A stretch of 64,000 bases of DNA. It comes from Vicinamibacterales bacterium. Lineage in GTDB: Bacteria > Acidobacteriota > Vicinamibacteria > Vicinamibacterales > UBA8438. Every line of letters begins with the position of its first letter. The first letter of the stretch is position 1. The translations under genes and the position numbers were made by a program. Below the pieces are notes generated by a model, which did no database searches, was not told the DNA's origin, and saw nothing but the letters and a program-made list of their open reading frames with translations. This document shows positions 1 to 9,415 of the stretch, one piece after another. Where the stretch lies: positions 31,273 through 95,272 of the forward strand of contig DASCQF010000139.1 in NCBI GenBank assembly GCA_036012905.1, read 5' to 3'.

Positions 1-70
1 TGGTCTACAACAGACTGACGGACCTCGGCCCATGCGAGCAGTGGTCCGAGCCGTGCCAACCGCGACAACC

Positions 71-778
71 ATGACCGGTAACGGTCGTCAGCGTCGGGCT
101 CTGACGGCGACACACCGGGCTGTCCTGCTAGCCGGGCTCGTGGCGACCATCGTGGGTTGCCAGACTGAGAGCTGGGAACAATACATGGAGGCGGCCGCCT
201 TCGCCTATCAGGACGGAAATTACCAGGAAGCGGAGCAGTGGTTTCTGGCGGCAGAACAGGTCGCCGCCGATTTCGAGTCGTTAGACCCGCGCCTGGCTCT
301 GACGCTCGGGAACCTGGCGGACTTCTACCACGCCCTGGCCCGCGACAACGAGGCAGAGCCGCTCTACCTCGAAACGCTGGCGCTGCTCGAACGAATAGAT
401 GGTCCGGACGCGCCTCGCGTCGCCCGCTTTGTCGTCGACCTCGCCACGTTCTACACCGTCCTCGGCCGCGTCGAGGAGGCGGAGCCGCTCTATCTGCGCG
501 CACTCGAGACACTCGAGTGGGAGTTGGGGCCGTATCATTTCGACGTGCTCGTCGTCCGGACGGCGCTGGCCGGCCTCTACCTCCAGCAAACACGATATAC
601 GGACGCGGAACCGCTCTACCGCGAAGTGCTCGCGATCCTGCTCGACACACCGGACCCAGACCAGGACCACCTTCTGACGGTGCTGGACGAGTATGCCGTG
701 GTGCTGCGTGCGATCGGTCGCGAGGAGGACGCCGCGGCGCTCGACGCCCGCGCCCGCGCAGTGCGTGCCAGGCTATGA
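71..778 (+). CDS. TPR-repeat lipoprotein
   Basis: Track ORF 32..778. The ATG at 71 gives MTGNGRQRR...LLAGLVATIVGC (signal peptide plus lipobox Cys). Several repeats of the ...EAEPLYLxxLxxxE... TPR_12-like pattern. Confidence 0.7.
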   Translation: MTGNGRQRRALTATHRAVLLAGLVATIVGCQTESWEQYMEAAAFAYQDGNYQEAEQWFLAAEQVAADFESLDPRLALTLGNLADFYHALARDNEAEPLYLETLALLERIDGPDAPRVARFVVDLATFYTVLGRVEEAEPLYLRALETLEWELGPYHFDVLVVRTALAGLYLQQTRYTDAEPLYREVLAILLDTPDPDQDHLLTVLDEYAVVLRAIGREEDAAALDARARAVRARL

Positions 779-807
779 CGGATGACTCTCTGGAGGCAGG
801 AGACACA

Positions 808-1863
808 ATGAGGCAGTGGATCAGCCTGGCGGCTGCCGTCCTCGCGCTCGGGGGCTCGCTCGACGCGGCGACGGTCACGACGGTAATCGGCACAGGTGAA
901 TCGGGTCTCTCTGAGACGCAGGTCGCCAACCCCTACGGGGTCGTCGTAGGACCGGACGATGCGCTGTATTTTTGCGATCTGGACAACCAGCGGATCCGGC
1001 GCCTCGACCTGGCCACCGGAAGCACGACGACGGTCGCCGGTAACGGCATCCGCGGCTACAGCGGCGACGGGGGCCCAGCCACCGCCGCCGCGTTGAACAT
1101 GCCGCACGAGATCCAGTTCGACAGCGACGGGCACCTCTATATCGTCGAACGGGACAACCATGCGGTTCGGCGCGTCGACGCAGCCACGGGCATCATCTCG
1201 ACCGTCGCCGGGACCGGTGAGGCCGGTTTTTCTGGCGACGGCGGTCCCGCCACCGCCGCCGAGCTGCGCCAGCCCCACAGCATCGCGTTCGACCCGCAGG
1301 GCCGGCTGCTCATTTGCGACGTCGGCAATCACCGGATCCGCCGGGTGGACCCAACCACCGGGATCATCGAGACATGGGCCGGCACCGGGGCACGAGAGCC
1401 GACACCGGATGGCGCACCACTCGCCGGCACACCGCTAAACGGCCCACGCGCGATGGCACTCGACCCGGACGGCAACTTGTATCTGGCGTTGCGCGAAGGG
1501 AATGCGATTTATCGAATCGATCTGGGCACCGAGACGATCCACCACGTGGCCGGCACCGGCGAACCGGGCCACACCGGCGACGGCGGACCGGCCACGCAAG
1601 CCACGCTGGGCGGACCCAAGGGACTGGCCTACGAAGACGGTCAGCTGTATATCGCCGACACGGAGAATCACGTTATCCGGATGATCGACATCGGGCGCGG
1701 TGTCATCTCCACGGTGCTGGGCGACGGGCAACGGGGAGACGGGCCGGAACCAGACCCGCAGCGTTGCCGACTTGCGCGACCGCATGGTGTTTTTGCTGGT
1801 GCCGCCGGCCTCTACGTCGGCGACAGCGAGGCGCACCGCATTCGGCTGCTGCGCAGGGAATGA
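808..1863 (+). CDS. secreted NHL-repeat beta-propeller protein
   Basis: The in-frame ATG at 808 inside track ORF 238..1863 gives signal peptide MRQWISLAAAVLALGGSLDA. Repeated GxGxxGxSGDGGPAxxAxLxxPxxxxxDxxGxLYIxDxxNHxIRRVD blades. The upstream 190 codons overlap the TPR gene and look like high-GC read-through. Confidence 0.85.
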   Translation: MRQWISLAAAVLALGGSLDAATVTTVIGTGESGLSETQVANPYGVVVGPDDALYFCDLDNQRIRRLDLATGSTTTVAGNGIRGYSGDGGPATAAALNMPHEIQFDSDGHLYIVERDNHAVRRVDAATGIISTVAGTGEAGFSGDGGPATAAELRQPHSIAFDPQGRLLICDVGNHRIRRVDPTTGIIETWAGTGAREPTPDGAPLAGTPLNGPRAMALDPDGNLYLALREGNAIYRIDLGTETIHHVAGTGEPGHTGDGGPATQATLGGPKGLAYEDGQLYIADTENHVIRMIDIGRGVISTVLGDGQRGDGPEPDPQRCRLARPHGVFAGAAGLYVGDSEAHRIRLLRRE

Positions 1864-1877
1864 CTCGGGCCTAGCCG

Positions 1878-2507
1878 CTAGCGAGCGCCCGTCGTCGTTG
1901 TCACCAAGAGGTTGCGATGCACCACCGCGACCATGTGCATGTAACCGCCCACTGCAGCGAATCGATCGTCCGACGCCAGGAGGATCTCTTCAAGCGCCGC
2001 CACCGTCCGGCCAAGCGCCTCATGATAGAGACCGAGATACAGGTGGGCGTAGAAACGCGCTTGCGGCTGTCCGGCGGCGGCCGAGAGCACATCCTGCGGC
2101 ATCATCCGCCCGGCGAACATCTCGTAGATCTCCCGCATCGGGCTGCGCGAATCGGGCCCGACCGGGAGGAGCGCCTCCAGGGCCGCCTCGGGAGACTCGG
2201 CGCGCGAGACACACAGAAAGTGCCAGGCTGAGTTCTCGACGTCATTGGGGTTCACCGTCAGGTGAGATTCAAACTGACGCCGGCAGTCTTCGTACCGCCC
2301 GGCGTAGTAGAGTGCGATCCCCCGTTGCCATAGCTGCGGCGCCCTGCCGGGCTGCGCCCTGGCCACCTGGTCGAACCCGACGACCGCCTCCTCGACCCGT
2401 CCCACGCTGAAGTCGGCCACCGCCTGATCGAAAATCTCCGACGGTGTCTGCGCGCGCACGGCCACCGCGACCGGGAACAGGACGAACGCGCAGAGCAGCA
2501 CCGTCAT
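1878..2507 (-). CDS. TPR-like secreted protein (NlpI-like layout)
   Basis: Track ORF 1878..2579. The internal ATG at 2507 gives signal peptide MTVLLCAFVLFPVAVAVRAQ. Helical-repeat segments (YYAGRYEDCRRQFE, FYAHLYLGLYHEALG). Confidence 0.55.
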   Translation of the reverse strand: MTVLLCAFVLFPVAVAVRAQTPSEIFDQAVADFSVGRVEEAVVGFDQVARAQPGRAPQLWQRGIALYYAGRYEDCRRQFESHLTVNPNDVENSAWHFLCVSRAESPEAALEALLPVGPDSRSPMREIYEMFAGRMMPQDVLSAAAGQPQARFYAHLYLGLYHEALGRTVAALEEILLASDDRFAAVGGYMHMVAVVHRNLLVTTTTGAR

Positions 2508-2575
2508 GACACGCACAACACGACCTCTTGGTCGGCGATCACGACCGCACGGTCTACACATCGCGTGATGCCCCG

Positions 2576-3883
2576 TCACTCTGCGCCCAGGTCGAGGGCG
2601 ACAATCTTCTCGCGGTCTCGCACGTAGAGGGTGGTGCCAACGAGCGTCGGCGCGCTCCAGGCGACGGTTTCGAACAGCGGCGCACGAGCCAGCAGGGTCA
2701 TCCCGTCCGGTGTCAGGCGCGCCAACGCCAGATCGCCATCCTCGTCGACGATGATCGTCTTGCCGTCGGCGTGCAACAGAGTCGAGCGCGCGAAGCCGCG
2801 CTCCTGCCAGACCGTCTCGCCGGTCCGAATATCGACACCGGTCATGAACGCCGGACCGAAGGTGCCGTCGGTCCCGTAAACGTAGTTCCCGACACGTATC
2901 GGATTCAGGAACATGAACTGGAGCTGCGGGTCGTACCAGAGCTCCTCGACCCGTGTCGTGTCACCGACGCGGGTCAGCTGGAGCGCACGGCTGCCGGTCT
3001 TGTAGCCGGACGACACGAAGATGATGTGGTCGTCCCCCCACAGCGGCACCATGAAATTGAAGTCGTTCCCTGGATCGTGCGGATGGGTCCACAGGAGGCG
3101 TCCGGTGACCGGGTCGAGCCCGTTGAGGGTACCCCCGGCCAGGATTACCAGCTGGTCCTGGCCATCGAGATCGATGACGAGCGGCGGCGCTTCCGAAATC
3201 AGGAAGTCTCCGCTCCTCCACACCACAGCGCCATCGCTCTGGCGGAACGCCATTACCGACTGCCCCGGCCCACCCACCGAGCAGATGATGGTGTCGCGGT
3301 AGGCGACCGGGCTGCACCCGTAGCCTGCCTTTATCCGCGGCCGGACCAGCAACGGGGGTGCGCCGAAGTCTGCCACCAGATCGTGCGACCAGAGCAGCTC
3401 ACCGGTATCGGCCGCAAAAGCGTGGAGCTGCTTGTTCGTGCCCGTCGCGAACAACCGGTCGCCGACCAGCAGCGGTGTAGAGTGTGGTCCCGACCCAAAG
3501 CTCGTATCCTCGAGCCGGGACGGGTATGTGTATTCCCAGATCGTCTCGCCGGTCGACGCGTCCAGGGCAATCACCGCCTCCTCGGCCTCCCACGGCCCCT
3601 GCCGACCGCGACCGTTGCCGACCCGGTACAAGGTAAAGAGCTTGCCATCTGAGGCGAGAATCGACGAGTGTCCCGTGCCCAGCGGCCGGCTCCACAGCAC
3701 CGGCGGCCCATCCTCGCGCCAGCTCTCTGCGAGGCCACGGGCGTCGACGATGAAGTTGCGGTCCGGACCACCCCACTGTCGCCAATCTGCACCGGATCGC
3801 TCCTGGGCGACGCCCCCAACCGACAGCACCACCATGAAGCCCGCCAACAACAGCGGTCCGACCAAAAGCCGTGTCCTCACCAT
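2576..3883 (-). CDS. secreted PQQ-like (BamB-type) beta-propeller repeat protein
   Basis: Track ORF 2576..3931. The ATG at 3883 gives MVRTRLLVGPLLLAGFMVVLSVGGVAQ. Recurrent blade motif TGExxWxx (TGETIWEY, TGELLWSH, GAVVWRS, TGRLLWTH, TGETVWQE). Confidence 0.75.
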   Translation of the reverse strand: MVRTRLLVGPLLLAGFMVVLSVGGVAQERSGADWRQWGGPDRNFIVDARGLAESWREDGPPVLWSRPLGTGHSSILASDGKLFTLYRVGNGRGRQGPWEAEEAVIALDASTGETIWEYTYPSRLEDTSFGSGPHSTPLLVGDRLFATGTNKQLHAFAADTGELLWSHDLVADFGAPPLLVRPRIKAGYGCSPVAYRDTIICSVGGPGQSVMAFRQSDGAVVWRSGDFLISEAPPLVIDLDGQDQLVILAGGTLNGLDPVTGRLLWTHPHDPGNDFNFMVPLWGDDHIIFVSSGYKTGSRALQLTRVGDTTRVEELWYDPQLQFMFLNPIRVGNYVYGTDGTFGPAFMTGVDIRTGETVWQERGFARSTLLHADGKTIIVDEDGDLALARLTPDGMTLLARAPLFETVAWSAPTLVGTTLYVRDREKIVALDLGAE

Positions 3884-3960
3884 GCTCGTACCTTCAACGC
3901 CAAACCGGGCGAATCCTGTTCGTGGCACCATATGGGCTCACACCCCTAATTCACCAGGCT

Positions 3961-4770
3961 CTACGATATGCTCAACAGCTCGATATCGAAAACAAGCGTC
4001 GCGCCCGGCAGAATCACAGTATTGGGAGACCCGCTCGAACCGAATGCGAGCTCGGGCGGGATGATGAGGCGCCGTTGGCCACCCACGCGCATACCGAGGA
4101 GGCCCTGATCCCAGCCGTCAATGACGCCACCGGCGCCGATCAAGACCGTCGACGGGCTGCCGCTCGTCGACTCGAACTGCGTACCCTTGTTGTCGGGCTT
4201 GGTCGGGTTGTAGAGCCATCCCGTGAACTCCACCGACAACGTGTTGCCGCTGACCACCTCGGCCCCTGTTCCGACGACGAGGTCGATGATGGTGAACGCC
4301 GGGGCCTCGTCAACACGCAGCAACTCAATATCGAACACGAGAGACGCATTCGCCGGAACACCGGTCGGCCCAAGCGTGCCGAAACCGTGGGTGGGTGGAA
4401 GAACGAGACGCCGCTCGCCCCCCACACGCATTCCGACCAATCCCAGATCCCACCCCGGAATCACCTGTCCCACACCCAGCACGATCGTGATAGGGGTCCC
4501 TTCCGTCGTTTCGAACTGCGTGCCCTTGTTGTCGGGCAGCGTATCGTCATACAACCATCCCGTGAATTCAACGGTCAGGAAATTTCCGTTCGCGGCCGCA
4601 ATACCGGCGCCGACAAGCAGGTCCGTGATGGTGAAATCCGGAATCGAGGCCGGGTCCGTGGTATCGGTCGGTGCAGTCGGGTTATTGGAGCCCCCGCACC
4701 CCGTCAGCAATGCCCCCGCTAACAGCAGGACTCCGACGGCGACGACAGCAGATTCTCTTGGCGGATTCAT
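3961..4770 (-). CDS. tandem FKBP-type peptidyl-prolyl isomerase lipoprotein
   Basis: The ATG at 4770 gives MNPPRESAVVAVGVLLLAGALLTGC (lipobox). Two copies of the FKBP core (VEFTGWLY..PDNKGTQFE..GWDxGLxGMRVGGxRRLxxPP..LVFDIELL). Confidence 0.9.
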   Translation of the reverse strand: MNPPRESAVVAVGVLLLAGALLTGCGGSNNPTAPTDTTDPASIPDFTITDLLVGAGIAAANGNFLTVEFTGWLYDDTLPDNKGTQFETTEGTPITIVLGVGQVIPGWDLGLVGMRVGGERRLVLPPTHGFGTLGPTGVPANASLVFDIELLRVDEAPAFTIIDLVVGTGAEVVSGNTLSVEFTGWLYNPTKPDNKGTQFESTSGSPSTVLIGAGGVIDGWDQGLLGMRVGGQRRLIIPPELAFGSSGSPNTVILPGATLVFDIELLSIS

Positions 4771-4959
4771 GCAGTTCCGGTCTTTCCTGTCAGAAGGCTG
4801 GCGAAGGCAGAGAACATTATACGCAACAGTCGGTCGGCACTGGGCCACGGGCCGGGTCACCGGCTATAATCTCCCTCATAGAAACGATAGTTACGAGAGA
4901 TGCGCGACAACTCGCCCCGACCATCCTGTGCACGGGGAACACGACAAGGAGAACGTAGA

Positions 4960-5601
4960 ATGAGAATCTTGCAGCTGCTCTGCGCCGCAACCCTGCTCTG
5001 TCTGCTGAGCGCCTCGCCGGCGCTCGCCCAGGCCTCCGACATGACGTTCTTCCTGACCAGCGTCGGCTCCGGCAGCGGCGCCGACCTGGGCGCGCTGGCC
5101 GGCGCCGATGCGCATTGCCAGTCACTGGCGGCGGCGGTCGGCGGGGGCAACAAGACGTGGCGTGCCTATCTCAGCACCACCGGCTCAGGCGGCGTCAACG
5201 CCCGCGACCGCATTGGCTCTGGTCCGTGGCAGAACGTTGCGGGTGTCGTCGTCGCGCGAGACCTCGACCAGCTCCACTACGAGAACAACCTGACCAAGGA
5301 AACGGTGCTCAACGAGAAGGGTGAGATGACCAATGGGCGCGGCGACGACCCGAACCAGCACGACATCCTGACCGGCTCCAATCTCGACGGGACCGCCTCG
5401 TCAGACACGGACGCGTGCAGCAACTGGACCTCGAGCGCCGACGGCGGCACCGGAAGCGCCATGGTCGGACACTTCGACCGCACCGGCGGCGGCGCAAACC
5501 CGAACTCCTGGAACTCGGCGCATGGTTCGCGCGGATGCAGCCAGGCCAATCTGATCGCGACCGGCGGCAACGGATACTTCTACTGTTTCGCTGCCAACTG
5601 A
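4960..5601 (+). CDS. secreted four-Cys protein resembling the endostatin / C-type-lectin-like fold
   Basis: AAGGAGAA lies upstream of the ATG at 4960. Signal peptide MRILQLLCAATLLCLLSASPALAQA. Hand alignment to the collagen XVIII endostatin domain from memory: GADAHCQSLAAAVG..WRAYLST vs [28 protein letters not shown] vs YCETWRT; YFYCFAAN vs YIVLCIEN. All four Cys are in equivalent positions. Confidence 0.6.
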   Translation: MRILQLLCAATLLCLLSASPALAQASDMTFFLTSVGSGSGADLGALAGADAHCQSLAAAVGGGNKTWRAYLSTTGSGGVNARDRIGSGPWQNVAGVVVARDLDQLHYENNLTKETVLNEKGEMTNGRGDDPNQHDILTGSNLDGTASSDTDACSNWTSSADGGTGSAMVGHFDRTGGGANPNSWNSAHGSRGCSQANLIATGGNGYFYCFAAN

Positions 5602-5623
5602 GCTCGCTGGGCGCCTCTCGAGG

Positions 5624-5658
5624 CTCGTGGTGAAAGTCTGACGCACTTTCACCACGAG
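5624..5658 (+). terminator. stem-loop downstream of 4960..5601 (possible terminator)
   Basis: Perfect 14-bp inverted repeat CTCGTGGTGAAAGT / ACTTTCACCACGAG with a 7-nt loop, about 22 nt after the stop codon. No T-run follows, so an intrinsic-terminator role is uncertain. Confidence 0.4.
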
Positions 5659-5799
5659 CTGCTGCACGAGAGCGCTGCGAGGCAGGGTGACGACGCTGAC
5701 CAGGGCGCGAGGTCACGGCCCTGCTGCAGGGTTTCCGAGTACTCCTGAATGTCTCGACCTCAGCGCGACCGGCCGCGGCCAGAGGGCTCCAGCGGTTCG

Positions 5800-7740
5800 A
5801 TGGAATCGGCGCGCGGTCCGCTCCGCTTTGTGCCGGCGGCCGTGCTGCTACTCGCCTCGGCCGGACTCGGGGTCGCCTTGGCGACCACCGGAGCCCGTGA
5901 CGTCCCCGAATCGGAAATCGACACCCGGCCCATCCAAGTGGACGGCGACGGGTATGTCTCCTCCGACACCTGCAAGGCCTGTCACCCCGCAGAGTACGAC
6001 AGTTGGTTTGGGTCGTTTCACCGCACGATGACCCAGGTCGCCACACCGGAGACGGTGCGTGCCGATTTCGACCGGGTACGCGTCGAGAACACCCATGGAC
6101 AACCGATGTTACTCGAACGCGACGGAGACGAGTACTGGGCGGAATTTGACGACCCGGGGTGGGAAGGAGCCGAATCTGACCGTCCCCGTATCACGAGACG
6201 GGTGGTGATGATCACCGGGTCTCATCACCAGAACATCTACTGGTACGAAACGGGGCACGACCGCGGATTGAACGTACTCCCGAGCGTGTATCTCATCGAA
6301 GAGCAGCGGTGGGCCTCGCGTAGCGCCGTCGTGCTGCACCCGCCCCAGCAGTCGCTCGCCATGTTGAACGGGCACTGGAACGCGATCTGCATCGTGTGTC
6401 ACACCACCCAGGGCAAGACGGCGTTCGACACGCCCTACCGGTCCGAAGCGTTCGAGCTGCAGACGATCGACACGACCGTGGCGGAGTTCGGCATCGCCTG
6501 CGAGTCCTGTCATGGACCGGCCGAGGCCCATATCGCCGCAAACCGGAATCCCCTCCGTCGCTATGGCCTCCACCTCGCTGGAGACGACGACCCCACCATC
6601 GTGCAACCGAGCCTCCTCGACCCCCGGCGCTCGTCACAGGTGTGCGGGCAATGCCACAGCGTCTGGGAGTTCTATGACGCGGCAGACGAACGCCACGCCA
6701 ACAGTGCCGGGCTGCCATATCGACCGGGAGACGAGCTGCGGGACACACGCTTTATCGCGCAGCCCTCGGTGGATAGGAGCTCGACAGAGATCCGCACTTT
6801 GGTGAATGACGACCCGGACTTCGTGCGCGGCTCCTTTTGGCCTGACGGCATGGTCCGGGTGTCTGGACGAGAATACAACGGCCTGATCGACTCTCCCTGC
6901 TTCCGCGATGCCACCGAACCTGACCACACGCTGACCTGCTTTTCATGTCACACGCTGCACAAGACCGCCGAGGACCCACGACCGGTGTCGGAGTGGGCCG
7001 ACACGCACCAGGTGTCGACCGACATGGCGGGCAACGACGCCTGTCTGCAGTGTCACGAGCCGATGCGGGGCGACGTCACGGCCCACACGCGGCATCCGGC
7101 GGAGTCGTCCGGCAGCAGCTGCTACAACTGCCACATGCCCTACACCGCATACGGGCTCCTCAAGACGGAGCGGAGTCACACCATCAGCAGCCCGACCGCC
7201 ACCGAAACGGCCGAGCTCGGCCGCCCGAATGCCTGCAACCTCTGTCATCTCGACAGAACCGTGGGTTGGACCGCCGACAAGCTGCACGACTGGTATGGCA
7301 CACCGGTGCCAGAGCTGGGCGGTGCGAACCGCACCGTTGCGGCTTCGCTGCTCTGGATACTGAGCGGTGACGCCGGTCTGCGCGCGCTCACCGCTCAGAG
7401 CATGGGGTGGGCGCCGGCGCAGGAGGCCTCCGGCACCAGCTGGATGGTGCCGCATCTGGGCGAGGCGCTTGGCGACCGCTACGACGCCGTGCGGTTCATC
7501 GCCGCGCGGTCGCTACGGAGCCTCCCTGGGTACGCCGACATGGCGTATGACTTCGACGGCCCAGAACAGGACCGGGTCGACGTGGCCGTGCGGGTACTGA
7601 GTGCATGGCGGGCCAGTCCGGCCTCGCGGCAACGGCGCGACGCCGAGCTTCTCGTCGATGCCGACGGCGAGCTCCGGGTCGACGCCATGCGACAGCTCTT
7701 CGACCAGCGCGACAGGCGCCCGCTGTTCCTCAGGGAATGA
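5800..7740 (+). CDS. octaheme c-type cytochrome with C-terminal helical-repeat domain
   Basis: Eight CXXCH motifs in the translation (CKACH, CIVCH, CESCH, CGQCH, CFSCH, CLQCH, CYNCH, CNLCH). The ATG at 5800 gives signal/anchor MESARGPLRFVPAAVLLLASAGLGVALA (alternative ATG at 5749). The last ~150 aa are HEAT/ARM-like. Confidence 0.8.
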   Translation: MESARGPLRFVPAAVLLLASAGLGVALATTGARDVPESEIDTRPIQVDGDGYVSSDTCKACHPAEYDSWFGSFHRTMTQVATPETVRADFDRVRVENTHGQPMLLERDGDEYWAEFDDPGWEGAESDRPRITRRVVMITGSHHQNIYWYETGHDRGLNVLPSVYLIEEQRWASRSAVVLHPPQQSLAMLNGHWNAICIVCHTTQGKTAFDTPYRSEAFELQTIDTTVAEFGIACESCHGPAEAHIAANRNPLRRYGLHLAGDDDPTIVQPSLLDPRRSSQVCGQCHSVWEFYDAADERHANSAGLPYRPGDELRDTRFIAQPSVDRSSTEIRTLVNDDPDFVRGSFWPDGMVRVSGREYNGLIDSPCFRDATEPDHTLTCFSCHTLHKTAEDPRPVSEWADTHQVSTDMAGNDACLQCHEPMRGDVTAHTRHPAESSGSSCYNCHMPYTAYGLLKTERSHTISSPTATETAELGRPNACNLCHLDRTVGWTADKLHDWYGTPVPELGGANRTVAASLLWILSGDAGLRALTAQSMGWAPAQEASGTSWMVPHLGEALGDRYDAVRFIAARSLRSLPGYADMAYDFDGPEQDRVDVAVRVLSAWRASPASRQRRDAELLVDADGELRVDAMRQLFDQRDRRPLFLRE

Positions 7741-8231
7741 TGGCTCGAGACACCGACCCCGCCGTGGATTACGCCAGGCGCCACCTGCGTGTCGGCTGGT
7801 GGTCTCTGGTGGGCTTTCTCATCCTCGGCTTCGTGCTCGAGGTGCTGCACGGGTTCAAGATCGGCCTGTACCTCGACGTGTCGAACGAGACCCGGCGCCT
7901 CATGTGGACGCTGGCCCACGCCCACGGGGCGCTGCTGGGTTTGGTCCACGTCCTCTACGCGCTGTGTCTTCGTCTGTTCCCGGGTGTGGCCGCCGGCTCT
8001 CAGAAGCCGGTCTCCTCGAGCCTCATCGGTGCCTCGGTCCTGCTGCCGGGCGGCTTCTTCCTCGGCGGCGTCGGCTTCTACGCTGGGGACCCGGGTCTGG
8101 GCATTCTGGCGGCGCCGGTGGGCGCCACGCTGCTGATAATTGCCGTGTTTCTGATCGCGCGGGCGACCGCCTCACCAGACAGCAGGCAGGAGCAACCGGA
8201 GGGCCACGGGGGCAGTGGCAGGAGGCGTTAG
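7737..8231 (+). CDS. small four-helix membrane protein with His-rich TM segments
   Basis: The ATG at 7737 overlaps the cytochrome stop codon (gaATGAtgg; TGA at 7738-7740). Four hydrophobic segments, with histidines in LEVLHGF and WTLAHAHGALLGLVHVLY. The upstream part of track ORF 7605..8231 overlaps the cytochrome gene. Confidence 0.6.
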   Translation: MMARDTDPAVDYARRHLRVGWWSLVGFLILGFVLEVLHGFKIGLYLDVSNETRRLMWTLAHAHGALLGLVHVLYALCLRLFPGVAAGSQKPVSSSLIGASVLLPGGFFLGGVGFYAGDPGLGILAAPVGATLLIIAVFLIARATASPDSRQEQPEGHGGSGRRR

Positions 8232-8260
8232 CAGGGCGCCCAAAATGACAAGATGAGCGG

Positions 8261-8280
8261 GGGCAGCCACGCGGCTGCCC
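8261..8280. terminator. GC-rich hairpin between convergent genes
   Basis: GGGCAGCC-ACGC-GGCTGCCC (8-bp stem, 4-nt loop) lies between the stop at 8231 (+) and the stop at 8297 (-). No clear U-run on either side. Confidence 0.45.
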
Positions 8281-8296
8281 TCACGCATCACAGACT

Positions 8297-9274
8297 TTAC
8301 TCGGTCACCGTCACGGTGACATTGGCCTTCGAGATGAGCAGCGCGTCACTGCCGAAAGCGCGTAGCGTGTAGGTGCCAGGCTCGCTGAAGGTCACGGTGG
8401 ACTCGAAAGTGCCGGAGGTCCATCCGTCCCCGTCCATCCCCTCTTCCCACTCCTGGTACCCCTCCGGCGAGAACTCGGCATCGGACGGACCGCGAAAGAC
8501 GACCCACAGCACCGACAGGTGGTTGCGTGGCACGTTGTGTCGCGAATATTGCGGGATATTGTCCGGCATGGCCGGCGCATCATCTGGCGGAATCAGCGTT
8601 GGCTCGCGCCGACGCCGGAACGCGTCCGGGTCCCGCTCGGGTAGTGGCACCGGGATCTCATCATCGGTCATCCGTGCGGTCAGCGTCAGGGGCTGGTCGA
8701 CGCTAATCGACGCCTGGCTCGCCTCGACGGAGATGGTCGGCGGCACGTCGGCGTACAGCTCCTCGAAACTGCGGCCAAATTGCGTGCGACCATTCGACGT
8801 GATCGTGTTCACGTCGATCTCCCATTCGGCCTGCAGCCACCCGTAAGCATATTGGGTGCTACCGCGATGGGTGACCTGCCACGTCAGCTCGGCGTCAGGT
8901 GGAAAGTCGGCTGGCACGCGCACCTCGAACTGGTACCTATTCGTCCGCGGATAGAAGTAGGCGGGCTGACCGCGGTCCTGCTCACCGGGCGAGAAGAAGT
9001 TGTTCTCGCCGATCGGCACGTGCGGCCGCTCCGCATAATTGCGGTTGAGATAGCCAAAGAGAAAGTTGTAGCTCCCATCGTCATTGTGGGTCCAGCCTTC
9101 GAAGATCGGCTGCACGTCTTGTCCCGTATTGAACCGCTGCTGCGGCTGCGTCACGATCGGGACGTCACGCGAATTGATCTGGGCACGCCCACTCGCCGCG
9201 GCACCAAACACCATGACGACGACCAATCCACCGGCGAGCGCCGCTTGTGGTACCCGCTGGGTTAAGCACTTCAT
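8297..9274 (-). CDS. secreted protein of unknown function
   Basis: Track ORF 8297..9325. The ATG at 9274 is preceded by GGAAGGTGA and gives signal peptide MKCLTQRVPQAALAGGLVVVMVFGAAASGRAQ (alternative ATGs at 9289 and 9292). I recognise no family. Confidence 0.6.
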   Translation of the reverse strand: MKCLTQRVPQAALAGGLVVVMVFGAAASGRAQINSRDVPIVTQPQQRFNTGQDVQPIFEGWTHNDDGSYNFLFGYLNRNYAERPHVPIGENNFFSPGEQDRGQPAYFYPRTNRYQFEVRVPADFPPDAELTWQVTHRGSTQYAYGWLQAEWEIDVNTITSNGRTQFGRSFEELYADVPPTISVEASQASISVDQPLTLTARMTDDEIPVPLPERDPDAFRRRREPTLIPPDDAPAMPDNIPQYSRHNVPRNHLSVLWVVFRGPSDAEFSPEGYQEWEEGMDGDGWTSGTFESTVTFSEPGTYTLRAFGSDALLISKANVTVTVTE

Positions 9275-9341
9275 GATCACCTTCCGCATCATCTTCCCAC
9301 TTGGTTGTCCAGCTACCGTGAGCACGTCAACAATTGCTACG

Positions 9342-9380
9342 AAAAGCCCCCTGCGAAAGCGTTTCGCTCCCGCAGAGGGC
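9342..9380 (-). terminator. intrinsic-terminator-like hairpin after the monooxygenase-like gene
   Basis: Minus strand reads GCCCTCTGCGGGAGCGAAACGCTTTCGCAGGGGGC followed by TTTT. The outer stem is about 10 bp with one G-U, plus inner pairs. It lies about 35 nt downstream of the stop at 9416. Confidence 0.6.
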
Positions 9381-9415
9381 CATGTTCCTCATTACACAGA
9401 CGGGGGCCCGACGGC

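Noticed and set aside
238-807. A 190-codon N-terminal extension of the NHL-repeat ORF, overlapping the TPR gene.
   Set aside because: The translation is Arg/Pro-rich noise. A proper signal peptide starts at the internal ATG at 808, immediately after the TPR gene stop.
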